DNA of 64,000 bases from Acidobacteriota bacterium (GCA_965217775.1 CBDCJH010000002.1:3072001-3136000); one strand, 5' to 3'. Numbered from the stretch's first letter, positions 1-10,518 are shown. Program-made: numbers and translations. Notes: generated by a model from the sequence alone, not told the origin.

Positions 1-895
1 ACATGCGGCCGAACCCCAACTCCTCCACCTCGTCTCCCACGGGAAACGTCCACCCCGCCTCGGCCTCCGCCTTTTCCGCCACGTAGCCGGCCCCTCCCGT
101 CGAAGAGTAGACCTCGAACCCCGTCCTCAGGAAGTGATTGAGCCAGATGGTCCCCTCGGTTCCCGAGACTTCGTCTCTCAGGTCCATTCCTCCCCGAAAG
201 GTCCAGCTCACCTCGAACTGCCCCAGCGCTCCGCCGTCGAACCGGATGAGCGTCACCGAGTTGTCTTCGCTATCCACCGGATGGGCCAGGGTGTCGGCCC
301 AACACAGGACCTCCCTGGGGTAGACCTCCTTGCCCACGAAACTGCGGATGATCTCGATGCAGTGGCAGCCCAGATCGACGATGGCGCCGCCGCCGGCCTG
401 GGCGCGGTCCCAGAACCAGGCGCTGTGGGGCCCCGAGTGAGCCTCCCGGGAACGGACCCAGAGAATCCGGCCCAGGGCGCCCGACCGCACCGTTTCCACG
501 GCCTTCAACGTCTTGGGGGTGTAGACCAGATCTTCCAGGTATCCGGCAAAGACGCCCGCCTGCTCCACCGCCTCCAGCATACGCCGGGCTTCGGCGCCGG
601 TCCGAGCCAGGGGCTTGGTGCACAGGACCGCTTTTCCGGCACGGGCGGCCAACTCCACCGCTTTCAGGTGCAGGTCATTGGGAAGCCCGACCACCACGAC
701 CTCGGTCTGAGAATCGCCGACGGCTTCCTCCAGGTCCGCGGTCCATCGGGGAATGTCCCACCGGCGCGCGAAGTCCCGCGCCCGCTGCAAAGTTCGGGAA
801 TAGACCGCCAGGACCTGTTCCCGGCCTCTTCGCTGCAGCGCCTGCGTGTAGAACCCGCCGATGAGACCGGTCCCCAGCATCGTGATGCCCCTCAT
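1..895 (-). CDS. Gfo/Idh/MocA family oxidoreductase (3' end outside window)
   Basis: Not in the ORF track; manual translation from ATG at 895: [16 protein letters not shown]...[10 protein letters not shown]...VLCTKPLA...[14 protein letters not shown]. Start overlaps the upstream stop (ATGA). Confidence 0.88.
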   Translation of the reverse strand, partial: MRGITMLGTGLIGGFYTQALQRRGREQVLAVYSRTLQRARDFARRWDIPRWTADLEEAVGDSQTEVVVVGLPNDLHLKAVELAARAGKAVLCTKPLARTGAEARRMLEAVEQAGVFAGYLEDLVYTPKTLKAVETVRSGALGRILWVRSREAHSGPHSAWFWDRAQAGGGAIVDLGCHCIEIIRSFVGKEVYPREVLCWADTLAHPVDSEDNSVTLIRFDGGALGQFEVSWTFRGGMDLRDEVSGTEGTIWLNHFLRTGFEVYSSTGGAGYVAEKAEAEAGWTFPVGDEVEELGFGRM

Positions 896-1938
896 GGCTG
901 GGTCTCCCCTTCTGTGGCTTCCCGTTCCCCGCCGCCGGGTGGCACCGGCTTGGCCGCAAGTGCCCGAGCCCGCCGCAGAATGCCTTTCAATCGGTCGGAG
1001 TCCGGCCAATCCGGATGATAGTGGAGGAACTCGGCCAGCTCTCGAGCGGTCGCGGCATACTCCTTCCGGTACCAGTAGATGTCCGCCAGGATCAACTGGG
1101 GGCCGGAATGGTGCCGGGGGGCCAGTTGTTTCGCCCGCTTGAGATGTTTGATCGCATCGCCGTGACGCCCCAGTCGATAATAGGAACTTCCCAACTGGGC
1201 ATGAGCCAGAGGATCCTTTTCCTTCATCCGAACGGCCCGAAGGTTCATGGCCAGCGCCTTGTTCGTCTGGTTCAGCTCCAGTAGTGCCGCGCCCAGATTG
1301 ACCACCGGCGGATAGGATTCCGGAGCGTGTTTGAGGGCTTGGCGGAAACAATACTCCGCCCGGGGAAAATCCCGAGAGACATAGGCGATGGTTCCCAAGC
1401 GGTTCCACGCCTCCGCGTATCTGGAATCGATCTCGACTGCCTTCTCCAATTCTTTGACCGCCTCGGCCGACTCTCCTTTCTCCAGTTTCTTCAACGCCTT
1501 CCGGTACGCCTTCACGGCCTTGGAGTCCACCGACAGGCGCGTCGCCGTAACCGTGGCCATGGGCTCGGCCAACGCGGTGGGTTCGAACACGAAAGTGGCC
1601 TCGATTCGTCCCTTCTTGTCGGCGAAGGCGGGCCCGATGTCCACGGTACGGTTCATCTCGCCCCTACCCGGAACCAGGATCGCCATCTTGTAGGAAGACT
1701 GGGGCAGCTTCTTGATCCGAAACTTTCCATCCCAGCCGGCTTGAACCTTTCGTCTCAAGGGAAACTGGACCGCCTCCAGGATCACCAACGGAGAGTTTCC
1801 ACGAAAGGATCCTCCGTCCGGCAGCACGATTCGGCCCCGGAGCTCGTATTGCCCCTTGCGAGGCACCTTCGGCGATGCGGCCTGGAGGGTAGACGGGACC
1901 AGGCCTGAGAGAATCAACAAAACCAGGACAGGAGTCAT
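892..1938 (-). CDS. Secreted TPR protein with N-terminal carboxypeptidase-regulatory-like beta domain
   Basis: Signal peptide [12 protein letters not shown]..., [13 protein letters not shown] beta domain, several TPR motifs ([17 protein letters not shown]). Start inferred. Confidence 0.85.
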   Translation of the reverse strand: MTPVLVLLILSGLVPSTLQAASPKVPRKGQYELRGRIVLPDGGSFRGNSPLVILEAVQFPLRRKVQAGWDGKFRIKKLPQSSYKMAILVPGRGEMNRTVDIGPAFADKKGRIEATFVFEPTALAEPMATVTATRLSVDSKAVKAYRKALKKLEKGESAEAVKELEKAVEIDSRYAEAWNRLGTIAYVSRDFPRAEYCFRQALKHAPESYPPVVNLGAALLELNQTNKALAMNLRAVRMKEKDPLAHAQLGSSYYRLGRHGDAIKHLKRAKQLAPRHHSGPQLILADIYWYRKEYAATARELAEFLHYHPDWPDSDRLKGILRRARALAAKPVPPGGGEREATEGETQP

Positions 1939-1945
1939 GGAACCC

Positions 1946-2482
1946 CTATCGAATGATCCGGGCCATAACCAGAGCCGCCAGAAATCCACCGGCGAGCAAG
2001 TCGAAAAATACCGTCAGGATGTACCCCGTGGAGAAATGCCACCAGTTCCAATTGGGAAGATGACACAGCATGCCGGCGGTCAAGAGCAGGAGGACCACGA
2101 AACCGACCCGTCCCCAGTAGCTGCTGCCTCCGACCCTGGCCAGAAGCAGGGAAATGAGGAACGCAGCCAGGACCTGGATGCCCAATTGAGTCAACAGGGG
2201 CCGGACCATCGACGCCGTTCCCCCGGGCTGGAAGACGACGAAGGCGAAGGGACCCCGCGCCATCTTTTCCACGGCTGCTTCGTCCTGACCGCCTGGATAA
2301 ACGTAGATGCCCGACTGGGGAGCATTCTGCGTCAGGACCGAAGCGACAGCGTCCTCGTCCTGGAATTGTCCGAAGACCGCTTGGTGCCAGGGGAGTGCCA
2401 TCCAGTAGACGACCCCCCAGAGGAACAGCACGCCTCCACCGGCCAGAGCACCTTTGACTATCGCACGATTGATTCGACTCAT
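1946..2482 (-). CDS. Hypothetical integral membrane protein (about 4 TM)
   Basis: Hydrophobic segments, APQSGIYVYP and NWNWWHFS motifs; same strand as the operon. Confidence 0.75.
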   Translation of the reverse strand: MSRINRAIVKGALAGGGVLFLWGVVYWMALPWHQAVFGQFQDEDAVASVLTQNAPQSGIYVYPGGQDEAAVEKMARGPFAFVVFQPGGTASMVRPLLTQLGIQVLAAFLISLLLARVGGSSYWGRVGFVVLLLLTAGMLCHLPNWNWWHFSTGYILTVFFDLLAGGFLAALVMARIIR

Positions 2483-2591
2483 GGTTCGTTCTCCTTGAGA
2501 AAACAACCGACGAGAGTCTCGGGACTCTTGCGCCCTAAGACGAACGCGCCACGGCGTTCGAAACGTGCGAAGCGCAGACTCCTGATCCAGC

Positions 2592-2755
2592 TATCAGCCC
2601 GTGGCAAAAGTCGTCACGGCATTCGACCGTCCCTGCATCCCGGCGGACTGCGTTGCGATTCGGTCACATACTCACGGTATGCTCCCTCATCGCGCCTTGT
2701 CCGGCGGGCGCAGGAACGGTCTCGGTGCTCGCGGGACTTTCACCACGGACTGCTA
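2592..2755. mobile_element. MITE-like 164-bp repeat, TA at both ends, intact copy
   Basis: Imperfect terminal inverted repeats TAtCAGcCCGTGGcaAAAGTC / GACTTTcaCCACGGaCTGcTA; whole element folds as a long hairpin; near-identical partial copy at 62806-62897; right TA is part of the stop codon of the adjacent gene. Confidence 0.85.
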
Positions 2756-3799
2756 TGAGTCCAGCGTCTGGGTCCGTCCCGTTTCCGCCGCCCGGTAGAG
2801 GCCGAAGATGGTCTTGAGAACGCTCAGGCTCTCCTCGGCGCTCTTGCCCGAATCCCCCGGACCCCGGGCACAATCCACCGCAGCCTGGATGATCCCCAGA
2901 TAGAAGTTCGTCCCCCGGCTGTACGAGAAAGTCCGGATCCCCTGAGGCATTCCCTCGATGGTCGAGTGCCATTCCAGCGGCTGTTGAGCGGTCAGATCGA
3001 ATCGAAGCCAGCCCTTCTCGCCCCAAATCGCCACGTGGCTATGGTATCCGCGGTCCAGATAGTAGCCCGAGTGCATGGTGCCCACCATGCCGCTCTTGTA
3101 GAGGAGGCTGAGCACCGCGGCATCTTCGATGTCCACCGGCTGCCCCCCCACGTTGCTGGTGAAGCCTCCCACCTTGTGAACCCGATCCCCGGTGATGTAC
3201 TGGACCAGGTCGAGCCAGTGGATCCCCAACCAGATCAGGTGACCGCCGCCGGAAAGGGCCTTCTTGGAGACCCAAGAATTCTGGGTCCTGGGCCGGGTCA
3301 ATCGGGTCTGATCCGCTACCAGGTAGACGTCGACACTGAAGAGCTTCCCCAGCATTCCGGCCTGGACCAGTTCCCTGGCCTTCCGGGCTGGGGGAGCGAA
3401 CCGATTGGCCATGGCCAGCATCAGGCACAAGTTCTTGGACGTCGCCAGATCCGCCAGCTTCTGGAAGTCCTCGACCCGGACACAGGAAGGCTTCTCGCAC
3501 ACGACGTGGGCGCCCGACTCCAGAGCAGCCTGGATCCGCCGGGGCGCCATGTGCGCCTCCATGGTCACCAGCACCAGTTGCGGCTTCTCGGCCGCCAACA
3601 TCCTCCGGTAGTTCCGGTAGGTCTTGAGGCCGGGATAGCTTTTTCCGAGGATCTCCCCGGCGTCTTCGAAATGACGTCCGGTGGAATCGGCGATGGCCAC
3701 CTGCTTCACTCCCTGGCAAGTGGCGAACGATCTCATGTAGTAGCTCAGGTGGGGTCCCCGGTGCTTGGTGATGATGCCGACGCGGATGTCTTCGGGCAT
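2753..3799 (-). CDS. Gfo/Idh/MocA family oxidoreductase
   Basis: HVVCEKP and GGGHLIWLGIHWLD motifs. Confidence 0.92.
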   Translation of the reverse strand: MPEDIRVGIITKHRGPHLSYYMRSFATCQGVKQVAIADSTGRHFEDAGEILGKSYPGLKTYRNYRRMLAAEKPQLVLVTMEAHMAPRRIQAALESGAHVVCEKPSCVRVEDFQKLADLATSKNLCLMLAMANRFAPPARKARELVQAGMLGKLFSVDVYLVADQTRLTRPRTQNSWVSKKALSGGGHLIWLGIHWLDLVQYITGDRVHKVGGFTSNVGGQPVDIEDAAVLSLLYKSGMVGTMHSGYYLDRGYHSHVAIWGEKGWLRFDLTAQQPLEWHSTIEGMPQGIRTFSYSRGTNFYLGIIQAAVDCARGPGDSGKSAEESLSVLKTIFGLYRAAETGRTQTLDS

Positions 3800-3824
3800 G
3801 ACGAAAATCTCCTCTCGGTGTTCT

Positions 3825-4838
3825 CTAATTCAGCTGGACGGCCCGGCCACTCCGGGACGAGGCATAGACCGACGCCACGACCCGCTGAGCGGCCAGTCCG
3901 TCCTGGATGGTGATGGCCGGGTCGCGGCCTTCGGCCAGAGCCGCCGCGAACTCGCTGAGCACCTGAACGTGGGTACTCTCTTCGAACTCGAAACTCTCTT
4001 CACCCCGGCGGGTGGCCAACAACAATCTGCCCCGGGAAAACTTCTCATGCAGCGGTGAGGTCTGAAGGATTCCCTCCGTTCCCAGGATCTCGATCATGGA
4101 CGTGCGGTCTTCGTCCGGGTCCCCGCCGCTCCAGTGGGAGGTGACGACGGCCTGGGCGCCGTTGCTCATGCGCAGGAGCGAGCTGGCCGTATCCTCCACC
4201 GCATAATCGCCGGCCAGGACGTCGGTGAAGGCGGCGACCTCGGTCACGTCGCCCAGGAAGAAGCGCAGCAGGTCGACGGCATGGGTCCCCATATCCATGT
4301 AGGGACCGCCTCCACCCAACGCCGGGTCCTGGCGCCACGCCTCCCGGTTGACCAGGCTCCGGCCCGAGAAGTTGACCCGCGCCGAGGTGACCTGTCCGAT
4401 GGCGCCCGCGTCCAGCAATTCCTTCAGCTTGCGATGCCGGGCGTTGAAGCGCTGGTAGTAGCAGGTCATGAAGGTGATCCCGGTCCGGCGGCAGGCCGCC
4501 TCCATTTCCTCGCCTTCGGCAACGTTCAATGCCAAGGGCTTCTCGCACAGGACATGCCGCCCCGCGGCGGCGGCGGCCAGCGTATCCGGCAGATGACGGG
4601 CCACGGGAGTCGCCACGTAGACGGCTTGGACCTGGGAGTCGGCCAGCAGATCCTCCAGGTTGTCGTAGCCGCGCCGGGCGCCGTGGGTGCGGGCGAATTC
4701 CCTCGCTCCCTGAAGAGTCGTCCGGGTCACCGCCACCAGCTCGCTGTGAGGACACTCCCGCATGGCCGGCGCCATCACCCGGTGCGCGATATCTCCGGCG
4801 CCTATGATGCCCCACCCGAGTTTGGGGATCTCCGACAT
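3825..4838 (-). CDS. Gfo/Idh/MocA family oxidoreductase
   Basis: C-terminal part of the 1188-aa ORF, from MSEIPKLGWGIIGAGDIA; HVLCEKP, GGGPYMDMGTHAVD; AG-rich RBS upstream. Confidence 0.92.
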   Translation of the reverse strand: MSEIPKLGWGIIGAGDIAHRVMAPAMRECPHSELVAVTRTTLQGAREFARTHGARRGYDNLEDLLADSQVQAVYVATPVARHLPDTLAAAAAGRHVLCEKPLALNVAEGEEMEAACRRTGITFMTCYYQRFNARHRKLKELLDAGAIGQVTSARVNFSGRSLVNREAWRQDPALGGGGPYMDMGTHAVDLLRFFLGDVTEVAAFTDVLAGDYAVEDTASSLLRMSNGAQAVVTSHWSGGDPDEDRTSMIEILGTEGILQTSPLHEKFSRGRLLLATRRGEESFEFEESTHVQVLSEFAAALAEGRDPAITIQDGLAAQRVVASVYASSRSGRAVQLN

Positions 4839-4870
4839 CGTCCTCTTCTCCTGGACCTCTTGGTTCGCCG

Positions 4871-6031
4871 CTATCCGGAAGAGGCTACCGTCTGGCTGGC
4901 CTCTTCCCGAGCCGCATCGTAGGCGGCGAAGACCACCCTCAACGAATTCAAGCTCTCCCGGGTGGTGATGGGAAAGGGACCCAGGCCGCGAGCGGCATTC
5001 ACCGCCTCTTCCATCATCAGAGTGTAGGTGTTCGGTTCCTGGGAGTAATAGAAGGACTGGGCCTTGCCCGGAGCGTCCGGATGCGTCGAGTACCAGGTCA
5101 TGGGAGGACCGCCGGCCAAGTCGAAATGGAGCCAGCCCTGGGATCCCCAGAACTTGACCAGAGTGCTGTATCCCTTGGGCAGATAGTACCCCGTGTTCAG
5201 GGTCCCCACCGTTCCCTGACTCATTCGATAGGCCAGGACGGCCGAATCCTCCAGATCGACCGGCTGGTCGCCGACCTTCTCGGCGAAGCCGGCGACCTCG
5301 GTGATGGTGTCTCCGGCGATGTAATGCACCAGGTCCAGGTAATGGATTCCATGGTAGATGAGCTTGCCGCCTCCGGCCCGCTCCCGGGACGCCACCCATC
5401 GGGTCCGGTACGAGGGCCTGGTCAGACGGGTGTGATCGGCCACCAGATGGACCGAAGTCCCATAGAGCTTCCCCAGCAGTCCCGATTCCACCAGCTCCCG
5501 GGCCTTCCGGGCCGGGGGACTGATCCGGTTCGTGAGGCCCAGCATCAATTCCAGATTCTTGGATTCGGCCAAGCCGGCTACGTGCTCGAAATCGGCCAGG
5601 CGCACACAGCCGGGCTTGTCCGTCAGCACGTGGGCGCCCCCCTGCAGGACGGCCTCCACTACGGACGGGGTGTGCACCGGCTCCAGCGCCAGCAACACCA
5701 GATGGGGACGGACCTCTCCGATCAGCTTGCGATAGTCCTTGAAGGTTTGGAATTCGGAGGCCCGAGGTCCCAGGTACTCGCGGCCCTTTTCGAAGAATCC
5801 GCCCGATTCGTCGGCGGCGGCGACCATCTCGACTCCGTCCAGGACACCCAGAGCCCGGGTGAACCAACTCAGGTGCTGACCTCCCGGCTCCGTAATGATT
5901 CCAACGCGGATGGACTCCGGGGAGGATTCCGCCGCGGCCGTCCCGGATTGGAGGCCTTGAGCGGCTCCCAACCCCAGCAATCCGCCGCTGGTTGAGAAGG
6001 CGGCCTCCTTGAGAAACTGTCTGCGATCCAT
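4871..6031 (-). CDS. Tat-exported Gfo/Idh/MocA family oxidoreductase
   Basis: MDRRQFLK twin-arginine leader; HVLTDKP, GGGKLIYHGIHYLD; paralogue of 2753-3799. Confidence 0.9.
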   Translation of the reverse strand: MDRRQFLKEAAFSTSGGLLGLGAAQGLQSGTAAAESSPESIRVGIITEPGGQHLSWFTRALGVLDGVEMVAAADESGGFFEKGREYLGPRASEFQTFKDYRKLIGEVRPHLVLLALEPVHTPSVVEAVLQGGAHVLTDKPGCVRLADFEHVAGLAESKNLELMLGLTNRISPPARKARELVESGLLGKLYGTSVHLVADHTRLTRPSYRTRWVASRERAGGGKLIYHGIHYLDLVHYIAGDTITEVAGFAEKVGDQPVDLEDSAVLAYRMSQGTVGTLNTGYYLPKGYSTLVKFWGSQGWLHFDLAGGPPMTWYSTHPDAPGKAQSFYYSQEPNTYTLMMEEAVNAARGLGPFPITTRESLNSLRVVFAAYDAAREEASQTVASSG

Positions 6032-6194
6032 GCCTCGATTCCTTTCCGCCGGACCTGCGGATCCGGACGCTGGAACTACAGCCTACCAGCCCCTGGAAAA
6101 AGTCGCCACGGCCCGGAACCGATCCCGGAGGGGTGTTCTCTCGCAAGAGTTTCGGGGAACCGGTCATTTGCCGGTCGTGTCCGGCGGCGACATA

Positions 6195-7355
6195 ATGGCG
6201 CTCGAAATGACGGGGATTCAGGTGGCGACCTATGATGGACCCGGGACTCCTCCCCGTATCCGCACGGTCCCGAGACCGGCGACGCCCCGCAAGGCGGCGC
6301 TGATCCGGATCGAGGCCTGCGGCGTCTGCGGAACCGACCTGCACATATTGAAGGGGCATTGGCCCAGGCCTCTCCCCTGGCCCCTGACTCTGGGCCACGA
6401 ATTGGCGGGCGTGATCGAGGAGATCGGGCCGGAACTCGATTCGGACTTCATGGGCGAGCCGTTGGAAGTGGGCGCCCGGGTCATGCTCCCCCCGTTGATG
6501 CCTTGCGGGGAGTGTTACTACTGCGTTCACTATCCGAACCGGGCCAACAAGTGTCTCCGACCCACCTATTACGGACGCTACATCCCCTTCGAGAAGCCCC
6601 CCCATCTCTGGGGAGGTTGGGCCGAGATGGTCTACGTCGACCTGGAGATGTTCCCGGCCACCAAGATCTACCGTCTGCCCGAGCGGATGCCTTCGTTGCG
6701 GGGCACTCTGTCGGAGCCTCTCGCGTGTTGTGTCCGGGCCCTGAACCGGGCCGTCTCGGCGGGCGGATTTCGATCGGGCGACACGGTGGTCATCCAGGGA
6801 TCGGGGCCCATCGGCCTGCTCTGCCTGGTGGCCGCTCAGGAGATGGGGGCCGGACGGGTGGTGGTGGTCGGCGCCCCCGAGAACCCGCGGCTTGCCCTCT
6901 GCCGACGCTTCGGCGCTGCGGCTACCGTTTCGTTGGAAGATCACCCGGAGCCTCGATCCCGCATCGACGCCGTCCGCGCGCTGGCGGGAAGATTCGGAGC
7001 CGACCTGGTGGTGGAAGCCAGCGGGCACCCGTCGGCAGGTCCGGAGGGCATCGAGATGCTTCGAGACGGGGGCACCTACGTCGAGATGGGCCAGTTCACC
7101 GACGCCGGCTCCATCGAAACCAACTGGCATCGCATTTGCTCTAAGGACATCACCATATTGGGGAGCTGGGCCTTCACTGCCAACGACATTCCACTGGGCA
7201 TCCGAATGCTGGACCGGTGTCCGGACCGGTATCCGTGGGAGGCCATGCAGGTTCTCTTCCCCTTCAGCCGGGAGGGGATCATGGCAGCCACGGAAGCCGC
7301 GATCGGGATGCGCTGTGTCAAAGCCACTATCGTGCCCGGGAGCGAGGCGCCGTAG
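6195..7355 (+). CDS. Zn-dependent alcohol dehydrogenase (MDR superfamily)
   Basis: CGVCGTDLH, GHE, CGECYYC...C structural Zn site, GSGPIG Rossmann motif. Confidence 0.93.
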   Translation: MALEMTGIQVATYDGPGTPPRIRTVPRPATPRKAALIRIEACGVCGTDLHILKGHWPRPLPWPLTLGHELAGVIEEIGPELDSDFMGEPLEVGARVMLPPLMPCGECYYCVHYPNRANKCLRPTYYGRYIPFEKPPHLWGGWAEMVYVDLEMFPATKIYRLPERMPSLRGTLSEPLACCVRALNRAVSAGGFRSGDTVVIQGSGPIGLLCLVAAQEMGAGRVVVVGAPENPRLALCRRFGAAATVSLEDHPEPRSRIDAVRALAGRFGADLVVEASGHPSAGPEGIEMLRDGGTYVEMGQFTDAGSIETNWHRICSKDITILGSWAFTANDIPLGIRMLDRCPDRYPWEAMQVLFPFSREGIMAATEAAIGMRCVKATIVPGSEAP

Positions 7356-7474
7356 GAGCATCTTCTCTTCCGGCTTCCGCCTCCCGTCCAACCCCGCTTG
7401 CCAGAATGCCCGGCGGCGGCGTAATCTCAGTTCAGTGCGATTCCCATGAACCCGCCTTCGAAGGAGACCGGCCC

Positions 7475-8662
7475 ATGTTCAACCGGAGATGGTTCTTGAC
7501 CCTTTTGTCCAGCTCGCCCTTTCTGGCCAACTTCCGGCCGTTGTTCGGCCGGTTGAACAATCGAGACTACTTTGCCGAACTCGGAGTCCGCCCCATCATC
7601 AACGCGGCGGGAACCTCCACGGCCCTGTCCGGCAGCCTGATGCGGCCCGAGGCGATTCACGCCTGGGAATACGCCACCCGGCAGTTCGTCAATCTGGACC
7701 AGCTCCACGACGCCGTGGGCAAGCGGATCGCCTCCCTGGTCGGCTCGGAGGACGCCCTGGTCAGCGCCGGCGCCGCCTCCGCCCTGACACTGGGAACGGC
7801 CGCCTGCATCACCGGATCCGACGAGGAGTTCATTAAGCGTATCCCGGACACGTCCGGAATGCGCGACGAGGTCATCATCCAGAAATCGCATCGATTCAGC
7901 TACGACCACGCCGTGCGAAACTGCGGGGTCCGGATGGTGGAGGTGGAGACGGCGGATGAACTGGCCGCAGCCGCCGGCTCGCAGACCGCCATGATGCTGT
8001 TTCTGAACCTGGCTGACGAGAAGGGCAACATCCAAGCGGCCGAGTTCGCCGGGTGGGGAAAGAAACTCGGGGTCCCCACCTTCATCGATTGCGCGGCCGA
8101 CGTCCCACCCGTCGAGAACCTCACCAAATTCATCCGGATGGGATTCGACCTGGTCACCTTCTCCGGGGGCAAGGCCATGCGCGGTCCTCAGAGCAGCGGG
8201 CTGCTGCTGGGACGCAAGGACCTGATCGCAGCCGCCAGGCTCAACGGTTTGCCGCACGCCAACACCATCGGCCGGGGCATGAAGGTCAACAAGGAAGAGA
8301 TGCTGGCCATGATGGTGGCGGTGGAGACCTACCTCGAGCTCGATCACGAAAAAGACTGGAAAGAGTGGGAGCGTCAGGTCGAAACCATCGCCAAGCGAGT
8401 CGAGAAGATACCGGGAGTCGAGGCCGAAAGGTTCGTCCCTGCCATCGCCAACCGGTCGCCTCAACTGCACATCGGATGGGACCGGTCCCGGGTCCGGATC
8501 CACCGGGATCAGGTCATCGAGCAGCTCCGCGACGGCGAGCCCGCCATCGAAGCTCGTCCCTGGGAGAAGAAGGAACTGGAAGTCATGGTGTGGACCCTGC
8601 AGCCGCGAGAGGCCAAGATCGTGGGCCGGCGAATCGCGGAGATCCTGAAAGCAGCGGTCTGA
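7475..8662 (+). CDS. SelA/DgaE-like PLP-dependent enzyme with Tat-like leader
   Basis: GVRPIINAAGT, FIDCAA, FSGGKAMRGPQSSG, GRGMKVNKEE; N-terminus MFNRRWFL. Confidence 0.88.
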   Translation: MFNRRWFLTLLSSSPFLANFRPLFGRLNNRDYFAELGVRPIINAAGTSTALSGSLMRPEAIHAWEYATRQFVNLDQLHDAVGKRIASLVGSEDALVSAGAASALTLGTAACITGSDEEFIKRIPDTSGMRDEVIIQKSHRFSYDHAVRNCGVRMVEVETADELAAAAGSQTAMMLFLNLADEKGNIQAAEFAGWGKKLGVPTFIDCAADVPPVENLTKFIRMGFDLVTFSGGKAMRGPQSSGLLLGRKDLIAAARLNGLPHANTIGRGMKVNKEEMLAMMVAVETYLELDHEKDWKEWERQVETIAKRVEKIPGVEAERFVPAIANRSPQLHIGWDRSRVRIHRDQVIEQLRDGEPAIEARPWEKKELEVMVWTLQPREAKIVGRRIAEILKAAV

Positions 8663-8765
8663 GAGGGGCCGGTTCGAGAACGAAGGTCCCGCCGCGGCTG
8701 ACCTTCGACCTTCCAGAATTCCAAGCGGCGATCGATCGATAGTCGACCCAAGTGACCCGGGATGG

Positions 8766-9089
8766 CTACGACTTCTCGGCGCGGCGGGTCCCGAACAGGG
8801 CGTCGCGCACTCCTTCCATCAGCCCTTCGAGCTTTGCCAGCCCCCGTTCCACCACCGCCATTCGGCTGTCGAGAGCATCCAGCCGTCCTTCCAACTTTTT
8901 CCCGAGGGCACCGAGCCTGTCTTCCGTCTTCGATTCCACGGCATCCACTCGCCGCTCCAACGAATCGATGCGCGCACCCAGACGCTTTTCGAAGCCGCGA
9001 AGGCCGCTCACAATGAAGCTGGCCAAAGCCACACCGACCCCCAGCAGTGCCACACCGACCCCCAAAATGCCGATCAATTCGCTACTCAT
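8766..9089 (-). CDS. Small membrane-anchored coiled-coil protein
   Basis: Hydrophobic N-terminus with a 21-bp internal duplication (LGVGVAL x2), followed by heptad repeats ending LAKLEGLMEGVR. Confidence 0.7.
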   Translation of the reverse strand: MSSELIGILGVGVALLGVGVALASFIVSGLRGFEKRLGARIDSLERRVDAVESKTEDRLGALGKKLEGRLDALDSRMAVVERGLAKLEGLMEGVRDALFGTRRAEKS

Positions 9090-9205
9090 CACATCGACTC
9101 GCAATTCCTAAAACGCTTCTCTTGAGAAAAACGCGAAAGAAGCCGACGGAACCGTGAGTTTCCGAAAAGCGAGGGCTGGAACCCGACCGTAACGAGCCCG
9201 ATGGA

Positions 9206-10510
9206 TCAGATCTCCGTCAGACGCTGGTCCGAGTCGCCGAAGCGCTCCAGGTGGACGTCGAACTTGTCGAGCAACGACAGGTACAGGCTGCACATCTTCC
9301 GGTTGGGCCGCTCCCGGTAGTCCAGGATCCGTCCCCCCTGAATCCGGCCGCCCCCGCCGCCCAGGAGCACCACCGGCAACTTCGTGGCGTCGTGCCGGCC
9401 CGTGAGCATGCTCGAGCAGTACATGAGCACCGAGTTGTCCAGCGCCGTCCGTTCTCCCTCCCGGATCTGGTCCAGCCTCCGGGCGATGTAGCCGTACTGC
9501 TCCAGAAAAAACTGATTCACGCGGAGCCATTTCTCGTTGTCGCGGTGCGACAGCTCGTGGTGGCCCACGTCGACACCAAGGTGGCGAAACAAGAGGTAGC
9601 TGTGGTCGTTGTTGAGCTTGAGGGTGCAGACCCGGGTGGCGTCGGTCTGGAATCCCAGCACCACGATGTCGCACATGAGCCGCATGTGCTCCTGCAGGTC
9701 CTGTGGGATGCCGTCCGGCGGGCGCGGGACGTTGGGTTTGTCCAGGGTCGGCCGCCAGCCTTGCAACTCGCCATTCTGGCCGGACCGCTCGATGCGCTGC
9801 TCCACCTCCCGAACCGAGTTGAGATACTCGTCCAGTTTGTGCTGGTCCCGCGAGCTGATGGACCGCCGGAAGGAGTGGGCCTCTTCCAGCACGGCATCCA
9901 GCACGCTCCGGTCGCCGCGCTCGGCTTCGTCCTTGAACAATCGATCGAAGGCCAGGGCCGGATAGAGTTCCAGGGGCGTGGGCGCCGTGGGCGAGCTCCA
10001 CGAGATGTGGGAGCTGTAGAGCATGGAGTAGTTCTTGTGGATCCCCGGATTGGACCGCTCGCAACCCAGGACCAGACTCGGCACCTTGGTCGACCGTCCA
10101 TAGCGCTGAGCGATGACCTGATCCACGCTGGTCCCGGATCGGATTCCCCCTCCCGACTCCAGAGGCGCACCCGACAACAGGTTGCCGGTCTGGGAACTGT
10201 GGATGTTCCCCTTGAGGGCCTCTTCGTTGTAGAGGCCCCGGACGAAGGTCAGCTTCTCGCGAAAATCGTTCAGCGGCTCCAGCACCCGGCCCAGCCGCAT
10301 CTGCGATCCTTCACCCTCGGCCCACCATTCCTTGGTGTGAAAGCCATTGCCCGAGAACAGAACTGCGAAACGCAACGGCGCCTGGCTTCCGCCGTTGACG
10401 GCCGCTCTGGTTGCGGCGCCCCAGACGGGAAGCGACTCCATCCAGGGCAAGGCCATGGTGACGCCGACGCCACGCAAGAATGTCCGACGAGAATGCTGCT
10501 TAATCTTCAT
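9206..10510 (-). CDS. DUF1552 domain protein
   Basis: SRRTFLRGVGVTMALPWMES, SVDQVIAQ, DQHKLDEYLNSVREVEQRI, TALDNS; canonical partner of DUF1592. Confidence 0.92.
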   Translation of the reverse strand: MKIKQHSRRTFLRGVGVTMALPWMESLPVWGAATRAAVNGGSQAPLRFAVLFSGNGFHTKEWWAEGEGSQMRLGRVLEPLNDFREKLTFVRGLYNEEALKGNIHSSQTGNLLSGAPLESGGGIRSGTSVDQVIAQRYGRSTKVPSLVLGCERSNPGIHKNYSMLYSSHISWSSPTAPTPLELYPALAFDRLFKDEAERGDRSVLDAVLEEAHSFRRSISSRDQHKLDEYLNSVREVEQRIERSGQNGELQGWRPTLDKPNVPRPPDGIPQDLQEHMRLMCDIVVLGFQTDATRVCTLKLNNDHSYLLFRHLGVDVGHHELSHRDNEKWLRVNQFFLEQYGYIARRLDQIREGERTALDNSVLMYCSSMLTGRHDATKLPVVLLGGGGGRIQGGRILDYRERPNRKMCSLYLSLLDKFDVHLERFGDSDQRLTEI

Positions 10511-10518
10511 GACACGCC

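Noticed and set aside
3825-7391. 1188-aa ORF as a giant fusion protein
   Set aside because: Only the last 337 aa are a real Gfo/Idh/MocA gene; the rest is an off-frame or antisense shadow of neighbouring genes in GC-rich DNA.
7475-8662. True selenocysteine synthase selA / Sec machinery
   Set aside because: Lacks the SelA N-terminal domain; no selB or tRNA-Sec and no in-frame UGA genes seen nearby.
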